The notes under the pieces were generated by a model. The model worked only from the letters and a program-made list of their open reading frames with translations, did not search any database and had not been told where the DNA came from. Positions 14,101-28,418 of a stretch of DNA of 64,000 nt are shown here, one piece after another. The translations under genes and the position numbers were made by a program. How positions within the stretch are numbered: position 1 is the first letter of the stretch; each line of letters begins with the position of its first letter. Location of the stretch: assembly GCA_976226885.1 (NCBI GenBank), contig OZ320316.1, positions 80,290,001 to 80,354,000 on the forward strand, given 5' to 3'. The DNA comes from Iphione sp. A-MEVVRFRX5. Taxonomy: Eukaryota.

Positions 14101-17100
14101 CCGCGACGCGCGTGACAGATCGGCGGGCGGAGTACGGCGGGCGGCGGACGGCAAGCCGCTGGTGCTGGGCGGGGGTCGCCCGTAACGCGGTCGCGTGCAC
14201 ATACCACAGGCGTTAGAACATCAGTCAGGTATTGTCGTCATCTAAAATGAGCAAAGTACAAGACAGAGTCACATGTGTGCCGCACGATTGTCCATCTTTA
14301 TCACGCGTGGCTTTAGTGTATGAAGATTTTTCTCTAAAGCAACGTGAGATACGGCATTGGAGTGCAGCCAAGTGATATAAATTACCGTATTAATGTAAAG
14401 ATTGCTTTGCCTGTTCATGAAGTAAACGAAACTCATTCATCATGAACTCAGATAAAAACTCCTTGTGCACTGAATTTTGTAAGAGCATGTAGTTTACACG
14501 TCTTTATGGCCATTAGAATCAGTAGACAAGTCGGCAGCATAGTACTATTTAAATTCATTTGATATCTTCTGGCGTATTTATCACGCGCCTCTTCCTTACA
14601 TAAATTATCGAGTTACTGCACTGCTGTCAATGATCTAGAAGGTAGTTGTTAGACTGACGGGCCCCGACCCGCGAAATGATAACTGCTGTTATTGCACGAT
14701 GGTTGGAGCCACTCCTCTCTACCCGACACTGATCTGGCGTGGGCAGGGCACAATTAGATAAGGTTGGATTTATCATGAAAGGATTGTGGCATACGGGCGG
14801 CGGAGGCCAGGTTTTATGGGCACCTAAACTGGATCTTCTAGCGGCGCTTGCGGCGCCGGGATGGGCCCGTAGATCAACGTGTATGCATGGCACGTCAGGC
14901 GGCGTGCCCGCCAACTGTCGCAGAGATTTAACGACCCCCAACCTCCTGTCGTCCCCGCGCGTTAAGCCTCGCCCTCCGCTGGGTTCGTCTCGCCCGCTCT
15001 TTTTGCTCGATTGGCACTAAGATGGCAATCGAGATGCCTAATGCAGCGTTATGCGCCTCTTTTGGAGAGAGAGAATGGGGCGGGTTAGCGGCCGTCGATT
15101 CTATGAATGTGCCATCCCCACCTCGTAACACCCATCCACAATCGACTGTTGTCTGCTGCACCAACTACCCAAATTATTTCTTCTTTCTTTTCTGCCTGTA
15201 AAGTTGCAGTGGCCCTCTCAGTTGGCACCTTGGAAAGTGTAATCGAAGTATCGCATGTCTGTGCTATACTTCGGGTTGCTCCAAATGGTTTCGTGCCCGT
15301 AGGCAGCTTTTCCTGGCGCATAAATCCTAATACCACGTCAAACTTAGTACATATAACCATCAGTTAGTCACCCTTGATTTATCGGCCATGATCATTGCGG
15401 AAAATGGGCTGTACCCGGCCTTTTCCCCGCTCGCCTCCACCATCCACACCCCTACCACGGCTTTCACATACCATATTTCCACCCTCTTAACCCCCTTAGA
15501 TGTCGTTAACATCGTTCGTCATCAGCCGCCGTGTCCCGACACACCATGTCTGCAGACCTGACCAGCAATATTCCCTTCTAGCCTTTGACTGTAGCTTTTT
15601 TCGGGGGTATTGCCTCATATCGTGTCGGCAGTCGTTTGCCGACCGCCGAACTGTAATGAAGCCGTCAAGGGCCCCCTGGCGGAGCTCCGACCACCACATA
15701 CCGACAGCGGAACCGGAGTGGATAGAGTATCACTGGTGGCCTGCCGATGTTGGTAATTATTGGCTGCGCAGTCTTGGGGAAAACGCGGACAACCTGAAAT
15801 ATTGGTTTTGTCTGTCCACGTAAGGCTATGGTTTGTTTTGCGCTATCTAGATCATATCATGCTATATCGTATGGAGTCTGGACAAAAAACTGGGTTGTTT
15901 ACTTTGACATTTATCCCATATACATTGACATATAAATGTACCCAGACAAGTATGGCATTCATTCCGGCCTTATACGTTGCGTATTGATGTTGCAACCCTG
16001 GCGCCAGGTAGTTCTCCTGAAAAAAAGAGGTCAATCCCAGGAGATCTACATTTTGTAATATAATTCAGAAGCCGTTCCACGAAAGCGAAATTCGAGAGCA
16101 GAAGTCCACATTAGGTGACGACCATCACTAACAGCTCCAATCATGACCTGCGCTGATTGAGTTCCGGGCTGGTAATAAAAAGCAGCATTAATCAAATGTC
16201 AGTCCCTCTTACACCTCGAAGTCGGTCGTTCTGTGCCAAGGAGACCCATTTACTACAGGGTGTATGGGCTTCCTGAGCGACACCGCCTCCAGTTAGAAAC
16301 AATTTCCGCACTTTAACAAGCTGCATGTGTTCTACGAGTTGTACTTAGTATGCGGGTTGCTTTCTCCACCCAGATATCTTGTAATCCGACAAGTCATTCC
16401 TATGGTCCTTGTCGGCGTATTTCGTGTGGCTTCTGCCCCCCCCCCCCGCTCCCACGTGATTCTTATTCTGAATAGTGAAGCCATTTATTTCTGCAAGTTT
16501 TAGTCAGATGGACAGTTTTTTTATGTCGTTTCATCTCGTTGATATCAACGATACCAGGGATATATTGATCTCAGACTATTTCTTTATATACATGTTCATA
16601 TATCTTCTCTTCATCAGATAATGTAGCTCTATTCATTGGTATATCAGTCCATGAAATATTATCTTTCAGCAAATTCTTTATCTCATGCAATTTTTTGCTG
16701 AGCATCACTTGTGAGGACGATTAATGTTTCGGTCCATCGTAAATATTTTGGAAGCCTATTGCGTCATAGTTTCTACATCAGCAACCAGTACTTAACGTGG
16801 GAATACGGTGAGGCCAGCCTACAAAAGACTGGAAGCAGCCGCTTACTACTTCGGTAATATATCGCTGTCTGAGGCCCACCTGGAATGAATTAACGAGACT
16901 GGGTAGAAAACGGGATAAAAATATGGATGATACTGTGAGAGGACTTGATTGTGTATTCAGCTCTGTTACTAAGCGTTCGCTAGACGTTAATGAGCCTCTT
17001 GCATTCGCCGTGGAAGGGCCTTTTTTTCAGGAGGAATATGCCTTGATCATATCATATCGACGTAGGAGTAGCTATAATACGGTTTTTGAAGGCGTAGGAA

Positions 17101-20100
17101 ATGGGAGAAAAAATACTGTGATGGCTGACTCTGTGATCGACAATAGGTGGCGCGGCGCTTTAGCTTTTCCACGTCCGTCGAATCGGGGGAGGGGGCGTAA
17201 AGAAAAGAGCAGGCAAAGTTTGAAATATGGCTGCGGATGACAGGAGACGCTCCAGTGCTTAGAGCTAGGGAGGCATTGATGTCCTTACAAAGCGTCAGTC
17301 TCTTCGGCTGTGCGATCAAGTATATAATTGATTCGTTCAAAAGGAGAAACCACTTGGATCCTTTTCTCGCCACCGCAGGGCAACATGGCTCTAATGGAGT
17401 ATGCAAATGGCGGCACCTCATTAGTGGCCTTTATTCTGTGCTAATTAGATTTTTAGCCCTGCTCGTACCGGTGGGGTCTAAACTGATGGCCAGAATGGTC
17501 GCTCATCCTTATGCTGCATCGACTTCCACCAGCTCCCCCGTGGTCCAGACCAGTTGCCGCTAGCCACTGCCGACTTCGCCCGCCTGTAATCCGACTGCCG
17601 CCTCAGGCACCAACAACTGGGCAAAGGTATACCCAGAGATGCCATGCAATCTAATCAGGCTGGGACGGTCCTCGTACATACTGGTGGAAGTTAACTTACG
17701 GGGCCTTCTGGTTCAGTCTTGGTGACAAAATCGATGCGAAACGTCTCTAAAAATACAGTCATAGCTTGTAGAGAAATGGGACTTGAATTTTCCACGACAC
17801 ACGACGAATACATGTGCGTCTACGTTTTATAAAATACAACAGGAATTGATTTACGTGAAACTGTTTGGTATTTCCCAAAATTGCTATTTTGGTTTGGTGG
17901 TCTACTACGTCACACCCTCTGTATGGACTGTCACTGCCATATAGTTTGTATATGTTGGTCGTGACTGTCCTAGCCAGTACGTAGGGTATCTAATATCTAT
18001 GTCATTTTTCGTATGTTAGAGTTGTTTCCTCTTTTTCCGGCCCATGTACCACTGGTATGGTCATTGCATCCCCTATCAATGGCCCTGACATCATCCCAGT
18101 AGTGCTTTCCGGCTGGAATTTGCGAGCATCGAAGCATTAAAGAAGACGACACCGCCCCGCCGACTGCCCCGCCATCGATCATTATTTGAAAGTGGTGCCG
18201 AAAGATTGGGACTAAATGGTGGACGTTGTAAGGAAGACAGCTACGGGGGGACTTTAAGTTGCAGGGGGGCCGATGGTAAATGAGCCGACCACCAGCTCGT
18301 GGCGGCCAGCGAGGCAGCCATGGCCCTCTCATCATAGCGTCTTGGCCTGGCCATTGCGGCCTGAGCCCTTTGTTGCGCAGATCAATTTAAGCGTTTCCAG
18401 GCTGGGGACGAGCAAGTCCAATGCGCGTCCACACAGGCTTGAGCGACTCGTGGAGGATGTTCCACTGGCCGGAATTAAAGGGCAATTTCGTCGCCGCTCA
18501 TCCGAGCGCTTAGCTGTATGTGTGTTTGAGATAGGACGAGCTTTCCATTGGCGGCACAGGCCACTAAGGTCAACAGCTACTATGTTTCCCTCTTACTTGA
18601 CCCTTTACTAGCGATGGTAGTCCCTAAGTCTATTCCTGTCAGCCATGTTGGGGGAGGGGGGGTCATTTCGCAACATGTCAGTTGTAGTTGTCGAGAAAGT
18701 CTGTATGAATAAATGGGCTCATTTATTTAGAGTAAGATGCAAAGGGGAAACACTCATCATTTCGCCCGAATATCATAGTAAACATATTCTGGCGAAATAC
18801 TTGAGGATAACTCAAAGAGTTAATATTCAAAAAAGATTATGCCATGAAAACTACAAATCATACCTCCTCGACATTTTCCTTGCGTTTTACGACAGTCTTG
18901 TTTCTCCGTCGGAGCTGTTATTTGTTCAACGTCTTCCGCATGTCGCTTGCGGCTTGCGACTTGCAGCCTTTTAATCAGATGAATAGACAACACAGCAGAG
19001 AAGGGTTAATCTGGCTGTCGTCCTATGTACTTCCTTGGAGCTGCCGGAGGTTGTTTTCCCTTTCGATGGCCATGCACCACTGGTCGCTTATTGGGCTGGT
19101 GTCTTCGACCATTCGGGCTTGAGCAGGCGAAGGGTGATTGCATTAGTCGAGTCGCGAGGCGGGCGTGCCCTAAAAGCAGGGCCCGGCTGTGACTACAGAT
19201 TCACTATGTCATGCTATCCTTTGGTAGCTTTTAAAAGAGGACAGAGTGTTTCCAAAAGAACAAAGAAGGACTCGATTCAATAGCCATCCGGTGAGCTTTG
19301 CTGTTCCAACAACACACCACGTGAATGGCAAGAGGCAATTAGCCGTGGATGGAACGCTGTGTAGTTGTGACATAACTCTCTGCCGTTAGACGCCGTATTT
19401 ATTTGACAAATGGAATTCTGTATAATTCATTGCTCAGTTTTCGCAAAAAGCATCTTTACTGCCTTCTGAGTAGTGTTAGGGCGCCGTCCGACTCGTCCTC
19501 CTGCAAAATACTTGCTATGGGATTTACATCCTCGGTCAGGATTGTCGTAATCTCTTTTTGGCCGCTTTTTGGACGAAGCACATCATGAAACGTCATTTGG
19601 CTCAAGTCTTTCGGCTTTTTTACCTTTTTAAGTACGGCACTGTCTCGCCCGTGGGGGTAAGAAGACTTATGCCAGATGGGATCGGGCTCCAGTGCAAGTC
19701 ACTGCACCATTGAAGGGAAGCATAATCCTACTGTGGTGTTCATATCACTAACGGGAAGTATTCAGGCACTGAATATGTCTTTCCGACGTAGACTGTGTCT
19801 AAACACGTGACCTTCACTTGTCACTTATATATCATATATTCAGTATTATTTCCACCAATGCTGAGTATCTTGTGGAAAGGGTGTCATCTTCAAAGGAAAT
19901 AAGATTACTCTATTAACGTTGCCAGTCGATTTTGATATTTAATCAAACGCATTTTATCACATGAAGTTTAATCTGTACTCTGCATGAATTACCTAGTGGG
20001 ACGTGTGGCTGGAAGTTCATGGGGATCCTGACTTTTCGTGAAGCTGGCTCCTATATTAAGGACAAAGGAGACCTCGAGATAAACTTGAAAATGCACCCAA

Positions 20101-23100
20101 CTGTTTGGGACGGTCGCAAGCATTGACCCGTGTGATTGTTGCTGATATCCTGTCAACTTGTCTTGGCGTTGATTCTCTTCAGTGGTACATCTCCAGGAAA
20201 GATAAGCCAGTAGTGAATGTGGTCCGTTTAAATATTACATGCAGTTCTATGATGGGAGCTTTCAGTAGGGCCCGAGATGCACAAAGGGAAGGTGTGCGCA
20301 ATAGATTAGTGAGGGGCTGGGTAAAATGAAGCTGAGATCAGATGCACACGGAGAAATCCCTTTTGTCAATCTTTAGGCTCCGTACAAAAGCTTACGGTGA
20401 TAGCGTTGGGGATTTTATAATTTGAGCCTTTTATTTCACATGAACCTTTCTTCATGAAGGTACATGTAAATCGAATGCAGTATTGCCAAGAATTGTCGAT
20501 AAACAAGACATTCTAAAATGAGCAAACTACATAGTGTGTCCCGAACTGTTAACATCGATATTGCCGCCCCGTTCGGAAAATAGAGTCTTTGTTGTGCTAC
20601 TTAGTATACATACGATTGATAAGTTTTCTGCCATCGATAATCGGCTCCAGTGGCGTCCGAGAAGCTTTGCCTACTTAGTGCGAGCCTATCGACCGGTCGA
20701 CAACCCGAGCCTACTCGAGGAGCGACGCCCAGGAGTGGACCTGCCACGGGGCTTACCATCCGGGGGAGGAGGGAGACCTAAGCCTTCGCCAGTGTCAATA
20801 TTTCATGACACGTGCGTGCAGCGGCCTTCGTTGAAGAGGTCGGCAGAGACCAAGCTACATGTCCTGAGAGTCCACGCAAAGAACCCAAAGTGGCAATTAC
20901 TTTCTCGGAATTTGTTATTGCATGTAATTTAAGGTATGTTCAGTTCGAAGAAACTTCGAAGCTTATTTCCGCATTGCTGCAAAAATACACAAGTAATCTT
21001 TTATCAACTGATGCTCTGCAGTGCATGAAACACTTGATTGTCATAATATGAAGTGATATTCATTGAATGCAGAAAGGGGAACTTCGGGTAATTAAATGTT
21101 TTTCACCACAAGTTCATGATGGGCCTCAGTCGGGCAAATTACGGCAGTATGAACGATTGGGAACACTCCCCGCTCCGGTTTCGATATTAAATTGGAAATA
21201 TCGATGCCTTCTTAAGTTAATTTGCTTTTAAGGGAAATATAATTCACGTCTAATTGGTGGTTTCCCACACGTGAAGGAAGAAGTGTTTTTCCATCCAATC
21301 CACTGATTTGCATTCTGTCTGACAGCTTGTTTTGTATCCACTGGCCAAAGGGGTGAGTACATGCGAGACCTGTCAATAGGCATTAGAAGCATCCTGTCAG
21401 GTCCCAAAGCCTATGGCTTGAACATGCTAAGGGAGGCAAGCACTCATTGTGATAGGCAGTATTTTGCTGCCAGCCAGCGAAGGATATTGCCACTGGGTTG
21501 AATATCTAATATCGTTGCTCTTTGCTTCCATCACAAGTTATGCTGCAGAACCCAGAAATTTCTTTATTGTAGCCTCATTAAGAAAAAACACAGGTATATA
21601 TATATATATGTATAAGTATAAATAGGATATTTATATATATGTGTATTGTAGCTAACAACAACTGTGTTTCCTAGAGAGTAACTATGTTTCCTTGGATACT
21701 ATGACATCATCATGCCATTGTGTCAACCGCTATCCAGCTACGAATTTAAATTATACCTTATGTAATTAAGGTCGTCAGCTTGTATTCTCCAAACTGCCAT
21801 TTTGTGTCTTCAATATATATGTGTATATGTATACTTTTTTCCATCCTTGTTGATCAGCCAGCAAATCAGTTAGGCAGTTATGCATAATGTTGATAAAAGA
21901 CTAGTCTGTGGATTTAGTAGTTGACACTGGGTTTAGAAAATATTAAAATTGTTCGTTATTCTGTGGTAGTGATGATTTGACAGAGATAGAGAACGATTAT
22001 ATTTTTTAAATAAAAAGACCTTTATCTGGTGAGCACCGAGAGAAGGTTTAATTTGGTTTTATCTCGCACACACGTAAGGTTTACACTGAATGCAGTTATT
22101 CGGAGCCAGCCTTCCCAGGTAAATGACTGCGGTAGAATTATCAAGAAAGGTATTATGGAGGCAAACTTTATCGCTTTGCTATGTTTCCTTACGACTGAGC
22201 ATGACGAGTGTCAAGTCTATTTATCTTTGTGATAAGCAGCCCTCCTTGTCTTTATTTCCCTGCCTGTAACAACATTATCTATGAGCTGGGAGGCCCTTGT
22301 AGAATGTGTGGTCGACGCTTGCTCCGTCTAGCGGCGGGCCATCCCGACGTTATCGGCGAGCGTCATCAGTCGCGACGATTGATCGTTCGTCGGCGGCCGC
22401 ATATCGAGCAGTGACCAAGTCCCCAGGCGCCCCCTAGCGCCTCGGCAGCAGCACGGTAGGTGGCGCGCGCTTGCCAACCGCCGAATCCGGCGACTTCGCC
22501 CCAAAAGGCGGGCCATCCATGGTGACCACGCGAATGAAAGGCAATAAGAAGCCATCGCGCCGTCACGGGTTGACATGCTCAATGGGCCCGCCTTAATGGG
22601 GGCAGTATGTAAAGTAACGGGTAGGCCTTTCCTGCATATCAGGGCAGCGTCACTGTAGGTGACAAGTGCATTGAGTGAATAATGAAAAAAAAAAATCACA
22701 ATACGCCCGTGTGGCGACCGCCTCAAATGTCTGGCAAGAAGCGGCAGACAAGCCGGCCGCGCAACTGCATCATAATGGCTTTGAGTGAAGGCCATGGGAA
22801 TTCAACAGTGCTCTTAGATGCCTTTCCTGGTGGCGCAACTACTGGGTAATGGCGGGTCGCCCATCGCTCAACGACCATCTCCACGCCAGCTCCTACACGA
22901 CCTTTAGCACCGTTCCATCATGAAAAAAGGTCAGTTTGCTTACAGTAGCTAACATGGCCATCTTCATTGGTTTCCAGTAAGACCCTGTAGTCTAGTGGCT
23001 AAATATTTGATTAGTTTTAAAATTCTTTTAAAACGCCACGCGCCTCTCTTGTTATCTAGACTTATCCATCTTATCTCTACACAGTAGCTTCGTTGCTAGC

Positions 23101-26100
23101 ATTAAATGATATTTGTTGCTATTTTACAACTAGTTCGGTGTTGATATAAAGGGTGGTGCGGCTTGATTAAACAATTTCACGGTTTCCAAGTCGAGACAAT
23201 TAAGTTTGCGAGTGACCAGATATTTGAGTAGCATCTCACTCCATTGGCGTCTTCGCATACGAGCAAGGCGATACGGCATCCAGGCTACACGTTTCATTTG
23301 CCTACCTAGCAAACATTTAAACAGCCAGTCTGTCGAAGCTGGAATCATATCAAGATATGAGGGTTAAAAGGGTTGCACAGTCTACAACACTGCCTAGTAC
23401 AAACACAGGCATTTTCAGCTTACCAGTTGTCTGATCAGCAGCAATCCAATGTTCTTGCCCCGCTTAAAGCAAGTGGAATGTGTTCCAGAACCACCCCATC
23501 AGTGTTTATCCATATGTCAATAGCACTTGAGCACTTCATTTGTTCATTTCTCACACGTTGGTGAGGAAACAGCATGGAGGCGGGACGTGGAGTACACCCG
23601 CACATAACCTAGTGTGGCGTTGTGGTTAGAACCAGCCTAATGGTGTTTTAATGGCCTTTGCATCTTGAAGTGTTTACCTTCAAACATTTATGCGCATAAT
23701 CGTGCTGAAGATTTATTTACCCTGCGGAGAATTCAAAATGATTTCAACCGGTCGTTTTTCCCCGAAAGCGGCCTTTGAATGAATAATTCTCTAATACAAC
23801 CGGGAGGCCTTCCATGATCTTCAAGGAAGTTCGGAAAGAAAACCCAGCTTTTCATTGGAAACTGAGTATTAGAGATTAATTCATTTTGAATGAAGTGCCC
23901 TTCAAGACAGTGCAACGGCCCATCCAAGCAGCATGTGCCGGGCATACACAATAGAAGCCACTATTCCAACGAGCACGGCCCGCAACAGACCTCGGGCGCA
24001 ATTCCTTCAGCATCAAAGACCGCGGCAATCGACTGCGGTTCCCGGGGGGGCTTCAGCCCGTCGTCTGCCAACACAAAAAACGCATTTCCCGCCGCGCGTG
24101 CTGTATGGTTCAGTAATGGGTTTTGTGGTAGGTGCCCTGCCCCCTGATGAATGCACTACGCCCCGGAATTCCTCCGTTTGTTGTCCAGCATAATGGCGAC
24201 GTGGTGGACAGGTGCCGGAGGCGGCAGCCAGTTCGGCTGCGGGTGACGAGCGCCTCCCGCCGCTGCAGCTCGCCTCGGCCAGGAGTTTAAATATTTACCC
24301 ATCGGATGTGTCCCGGATAGAAACGTTGCTATTTCATTTTTAATCATCCGCTACACGTTTTATTGTTGATAACCGCCTCTGAAATTGATAGGCTTGGTGA
24401 TAAGATGGATACGGTCATTTCTTAAAAGGAAATGCTCCATCCGTGGCTACCGCATGCAGTTCGACCAATACCATTTCAGGTGGAAGCAGGCATTGTCTAA
24501 GGGGCATGTGTCAGAACCCCTCGACTGATGGTGGCTGGCAGATACTGGGAGCCAAGTCATCAAGATATGATCATGACTACAGCGCAGAGGCGCTGGCGGC
24601 TCGGGCCGGGCACCGCCTTACCCACAGATCGATGGTGGCTGTGTCCAATCCGATACCAATTCATCTCCTGTCAGTAAACCGTCTGTTTACTGGGCGTGTG
24701 ATGGCCACATCGATTGACGCGCGTGAGCGTATTTCACGAGCGCCAGCAGCCGGCTCTGACCAGCTCTTTATTCATGGACGCTAATGAGAGGCACTTTAAA
24801 ATCTCCAGCTGGGCCTGAGGTGTAATCCGTCAAAGTGACTTTTCTTATGAGCGCGTCTTCAAAATGTGAGTAGCGTCAAGGCGTCAGGGCTGGGGACAGA
24901 CAAGGTGGGATCTTAGGGGTTTAACGAGTGGATAGAGGGATGTGCGAGAGAGAAAGAGGGAGCTTGGTTGGAACGAGCAAGCCACTCCACAGGCACTGAC
25001 TTATTATCCCACTTTTCAAATCCCAATCAGGACTTCAAGGAAATTTCGGACAAAAATCGCCCGAATCCATACGGAAACGATTAGGGCCGACGTTGAAAGT
25101 AGAAACCAATAGGCGGCTCGGAGTCGTAATTAAAGACCAGATCAGACGGCTGGCGAGAATGGGGCGTCTTTTTTCGATGCTTTCCAGCCTGCTGATTAAT
25201 GGAATGCCAGCCTCTGTTTACGTCACGACGGTTCCCAGCGCCACCGCTCTTAAAACGGGTGGTCCGCGAACGTTAAGCAGTGGTTTAAAAAATATCGCGC
25301 ACGTTTGAATATTAAGAAAATCTTGGCGTGGATGAAGGATACAAATTGGATTCGCACGTGAAATATTTGCCTCCTTGAAGCATTGATTCTGTTTTACAGG
25401 AGCTTAGGGATTTATCATTATCTTGGTTTCTTTTTTTGTTATTGTTGATCGGATTTGGATCTAAATCCAGAAATACTGGCTGCTTGTTCCTTTTATTGTC
25501 GCACCCCAGGTTTTACGCGGACGGCCCTGCGTGAAAGCTCAAACATGCAGAAGCAATATCTCTCGTATTATCATGAATCACGGCAGAATTTAATACACTC
25601 TGCATTGTGCAAGTGTGTGTGCTTGTGTGTGTGCATGTGTCTGTGTGTGGGCATAATAAATATCTATGAAAAAGTGATGCTTTGACGTTCCAAGAGTTAT
25701 GGTGCCAATATCCACTGGATGACATATTCAAACAGGGAAGTGGATCTCACGCCAGAACAGAAGCCATGCTCTGGCAGAATTGCTAATGCACTTTAAGTAT
25801 GATAATACCGGCTTATATATTCCGCGCCTTCTCGGAGCAGACGAGAGTAACCCTCACAGGAGCAGCTCGCAATGGTTCACAGGATGACCTCAGCACAAGT
25901 ACGTTTATTGACCCTTATTATACAAAGCCATCAACATTCATTCTTTCGGCATACATCCTGACGATGCACTGACGGTAAATAGACGCATCCATAGCCTGTG
26001 GACGAGGTTTTAGTATCGGTTAGGGCATCGATTCCGCATTTCTATGTAATAATGAATAATCTTGTGTCGCGCTTGGGAATGGATGCTGGTACCGGCTTTG

Positions 26101-26749
26101 TCAGGCATAAACACCGATAGCGTCATGCTTTGTCTTTAGCAGTCGTCAAGGTCAATGCAGTCCTTTCTACACTATCTCTCAGGGCAACTAAGACACCATT
26201 GGCAGTCCAAAACCCACTCTTTTCATTGACACAGGGAGGGTACGTAGCAAGGTCTCACTGGCTTTTACTTTGAATTGACGAGTATTACATCGTATGACAG
26301 GGAGATAAGGAGGCATTTGCCAGCATATCCATCATTTCAGTGTGCATCTGTTTCATATAAAAGAGTTGGCTCCGTCTTCATTCATCACTTAACGTCAAGC
26401 TGTCTGCATAGATAGTAATAGAATTTTCAAGGTAATCGTATGGAATGCAGTGTAATGTTATATCCAAGGTAACAGCTGTCAGGGGGCATCGATGTGCATC
26501 AATTTCACATGTCAGGCTCAAGTATAGTGTTGGCAGATTCTTGGGCGCACACTACTATCACATATAAGCTAATGTCTCCGGTCGAACCAGCCACTGCCCT
26601 AAGCGGCAGACCGGCCTAGGTGGATGTGTATATATGGCGTGGTCACTACTGATGGCCCTACAGTCCACCAGTAGTTACCAACTTGCTTGATGGATCATCG
26701 CCGCAGCTCGTTTGCTTCCCTCACTGCCGTTAAAACACCTTCTAGTAGG

Positions 26750-27005
26750 CCCAGCACGCAGGCGCCAAATGAAGGAGATGGCGCCCACCAGCGGCGCCCG
26801 CCGAAGTAGAGCGCGCCTTAACGTCGCATTAGTGACCAGACGCCTGAAAGCAGCGAGCGGAAGTCAGGCCGGCGCCGCCTCTAACGCCGGGGCCACGCGC
26901 GGCCGAACAGTGGCCGACCAGAATTGGATGCCCGGGTGCCATCGAGCGCGACATAGCCTGACCACTTCCTGTTTATTCATCAGGTACCAGGCGGCCATAT
27001 TAGCC
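26750..27005. promoter_or_regulatory. CpG-rich patch with ETS-like and YY1-like motifs inside the large intron (promoter-like)
   Basis: Dense CG dinucleotides. GAGATGGCG (26775-26783) and the reverse complement of GGCGGCCATATT (26990-27001) resemble the YY1 core ATGGC; CGGAAGT (26858-26864) and CACTTCCTG (26963-26971) are ETS cores. Motif match only, no expression data. Confidence 0.3.
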
Positions 27006-27181
27006 CAAAAATGATGTAGTTTTTTTTTTCAAGAGAGAGCTACGCAGTTGCTATTTTGTACATCGTGTCACCGAGGAGTATTGAGTGGAAAATATGTGTT
27101 CGTCACTGTAAAAAAAATTCTGGTTTGTTTCCCATAGACTTATCTTTAAACAAAGCAAATGTTACCAGCATAACGATTGGC

Positions 27182-27198
27182 TAATAATAATAATAATA

Positions 27199-27230
<32 letters not shown>
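27182..27230. repeat. (TAA)n microsatellite
   Basis: Near-perfect TAA/AAT run seen directly, with one interruption. Confidence 0.95.
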
Positions 27231-27232
<2 letters not shown>

Positions 27233-28373
27233 TCTTATCCCTTAGGTAGTAATACATGGTAGCTTCAGTTTTTAAAGTAGAATATCAAAAAAGTACAGGT
27301 CTATTCATATTCACTAAATTAAATTTGTTTCTGTGGGTGCACCTGACATCTCATATTTGTCTGTGATTGCTGAGTAACAAGCGATGTAGTGCTTTGTTGT
27401 AAGAATCATAACTACGCATGTCACTGCTGGATAGATTGTTCCCATTACGGACATTTTGGCAGTATACATACATTGCGGTGTTTTAAGGGGATACACAAAT
27501 TAGAACGCTCGTGTTGTGGTCTGTTGATACCATTGTCCTGAAGGAATTATCATCTTGCAGCATGGGAAATATGTGGTAGCAACATATGCACCTTTATCTC
27601 CACACTTTACGAAAAGCTTTATATTTTTATCTGTGACGATGAGGTTTTCGGTAAAGAGGGCCACGTCTCAGGCTTTTCGCATAGCAGTGGATCGCATATG
27701 ATGATTTCTAGTCATTCCTTGCTTTGCATTCGTACAAATTATACTATATGGGTATACCCATGCATTACTTGTAGATATACTCCATTATAATTCCATCATT
27801 GCAAGAGACGAAACTATTGCAGTGTGAAAGTAAAATGAGAAATAGTGGTTCGTGTATTCAGTGAATTCGGCATTCCGATTTGTGCGTCCATATGTTACTC
27901 TATGGATACCTAAAGGAGTGATTCTCTGTACATGAGTGGTTTTCTCTCTAGCTACCTTGTATAGTGGATCTTTACAACTTTAAGCCTCTTTATTTATTAT
28001 AGCCCTACTTTGGGTTATGTGCTCAAAGATTTACGTTATCTGTATGGCTTATCATATGGGGTACCCGTGATATTAAACATATAGGCCTACAAGTGATAGC
28101 GTCCAAAATTTTAGACCACGGCGGAGTTAGCAGGAAAGGAAATATATGTCCATATGTATTTCTCTTGTCCATTTGCTGGTTCTTGAAAGGATACTTCACA
28201 TAGCAGCATACTCGGGACCTATCGATGTGAGTGGGATAAGTCGCACTAGGAGCTTATCTCATTACACAGTCGGCTCCCAAGAGACGGCGCTTAAAACCAC
28301 TCGCAGCGTTGAAGAGCCCCTGGCGGAAAGAGAAGGAATCTTTTCATACCTGACTAGACTGTCCTCGTAGAAA

Positions 28374-28418
28374 GGAAGTAATTGGTGGCCCTGCCCTGAG
28401 ATTGGTTGCTATGGCGAT
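28374..28418. promoter_or_regulatory. Candidate ETS + double CCAAT (NF-Y) + RFX X-box module about 220 bp upstream of the fourth visible exon
   Basis: AGGAAGT near 28374, ATTGG at 28381-28385 and 28401-28405 (20 bp apart), and GTTGCTATGGCGAT at 28405-28418, close to the X-box consensus GTTGCCATGGCAAC. Confidence 0.35.

Noticed and set aside
18844-18940. YLLDIFLAFYDSLVSPSELL resembling the RasGEF REM domain
   Set aside because: Isolated, AT-rich context, no flanking domain; insufficient.
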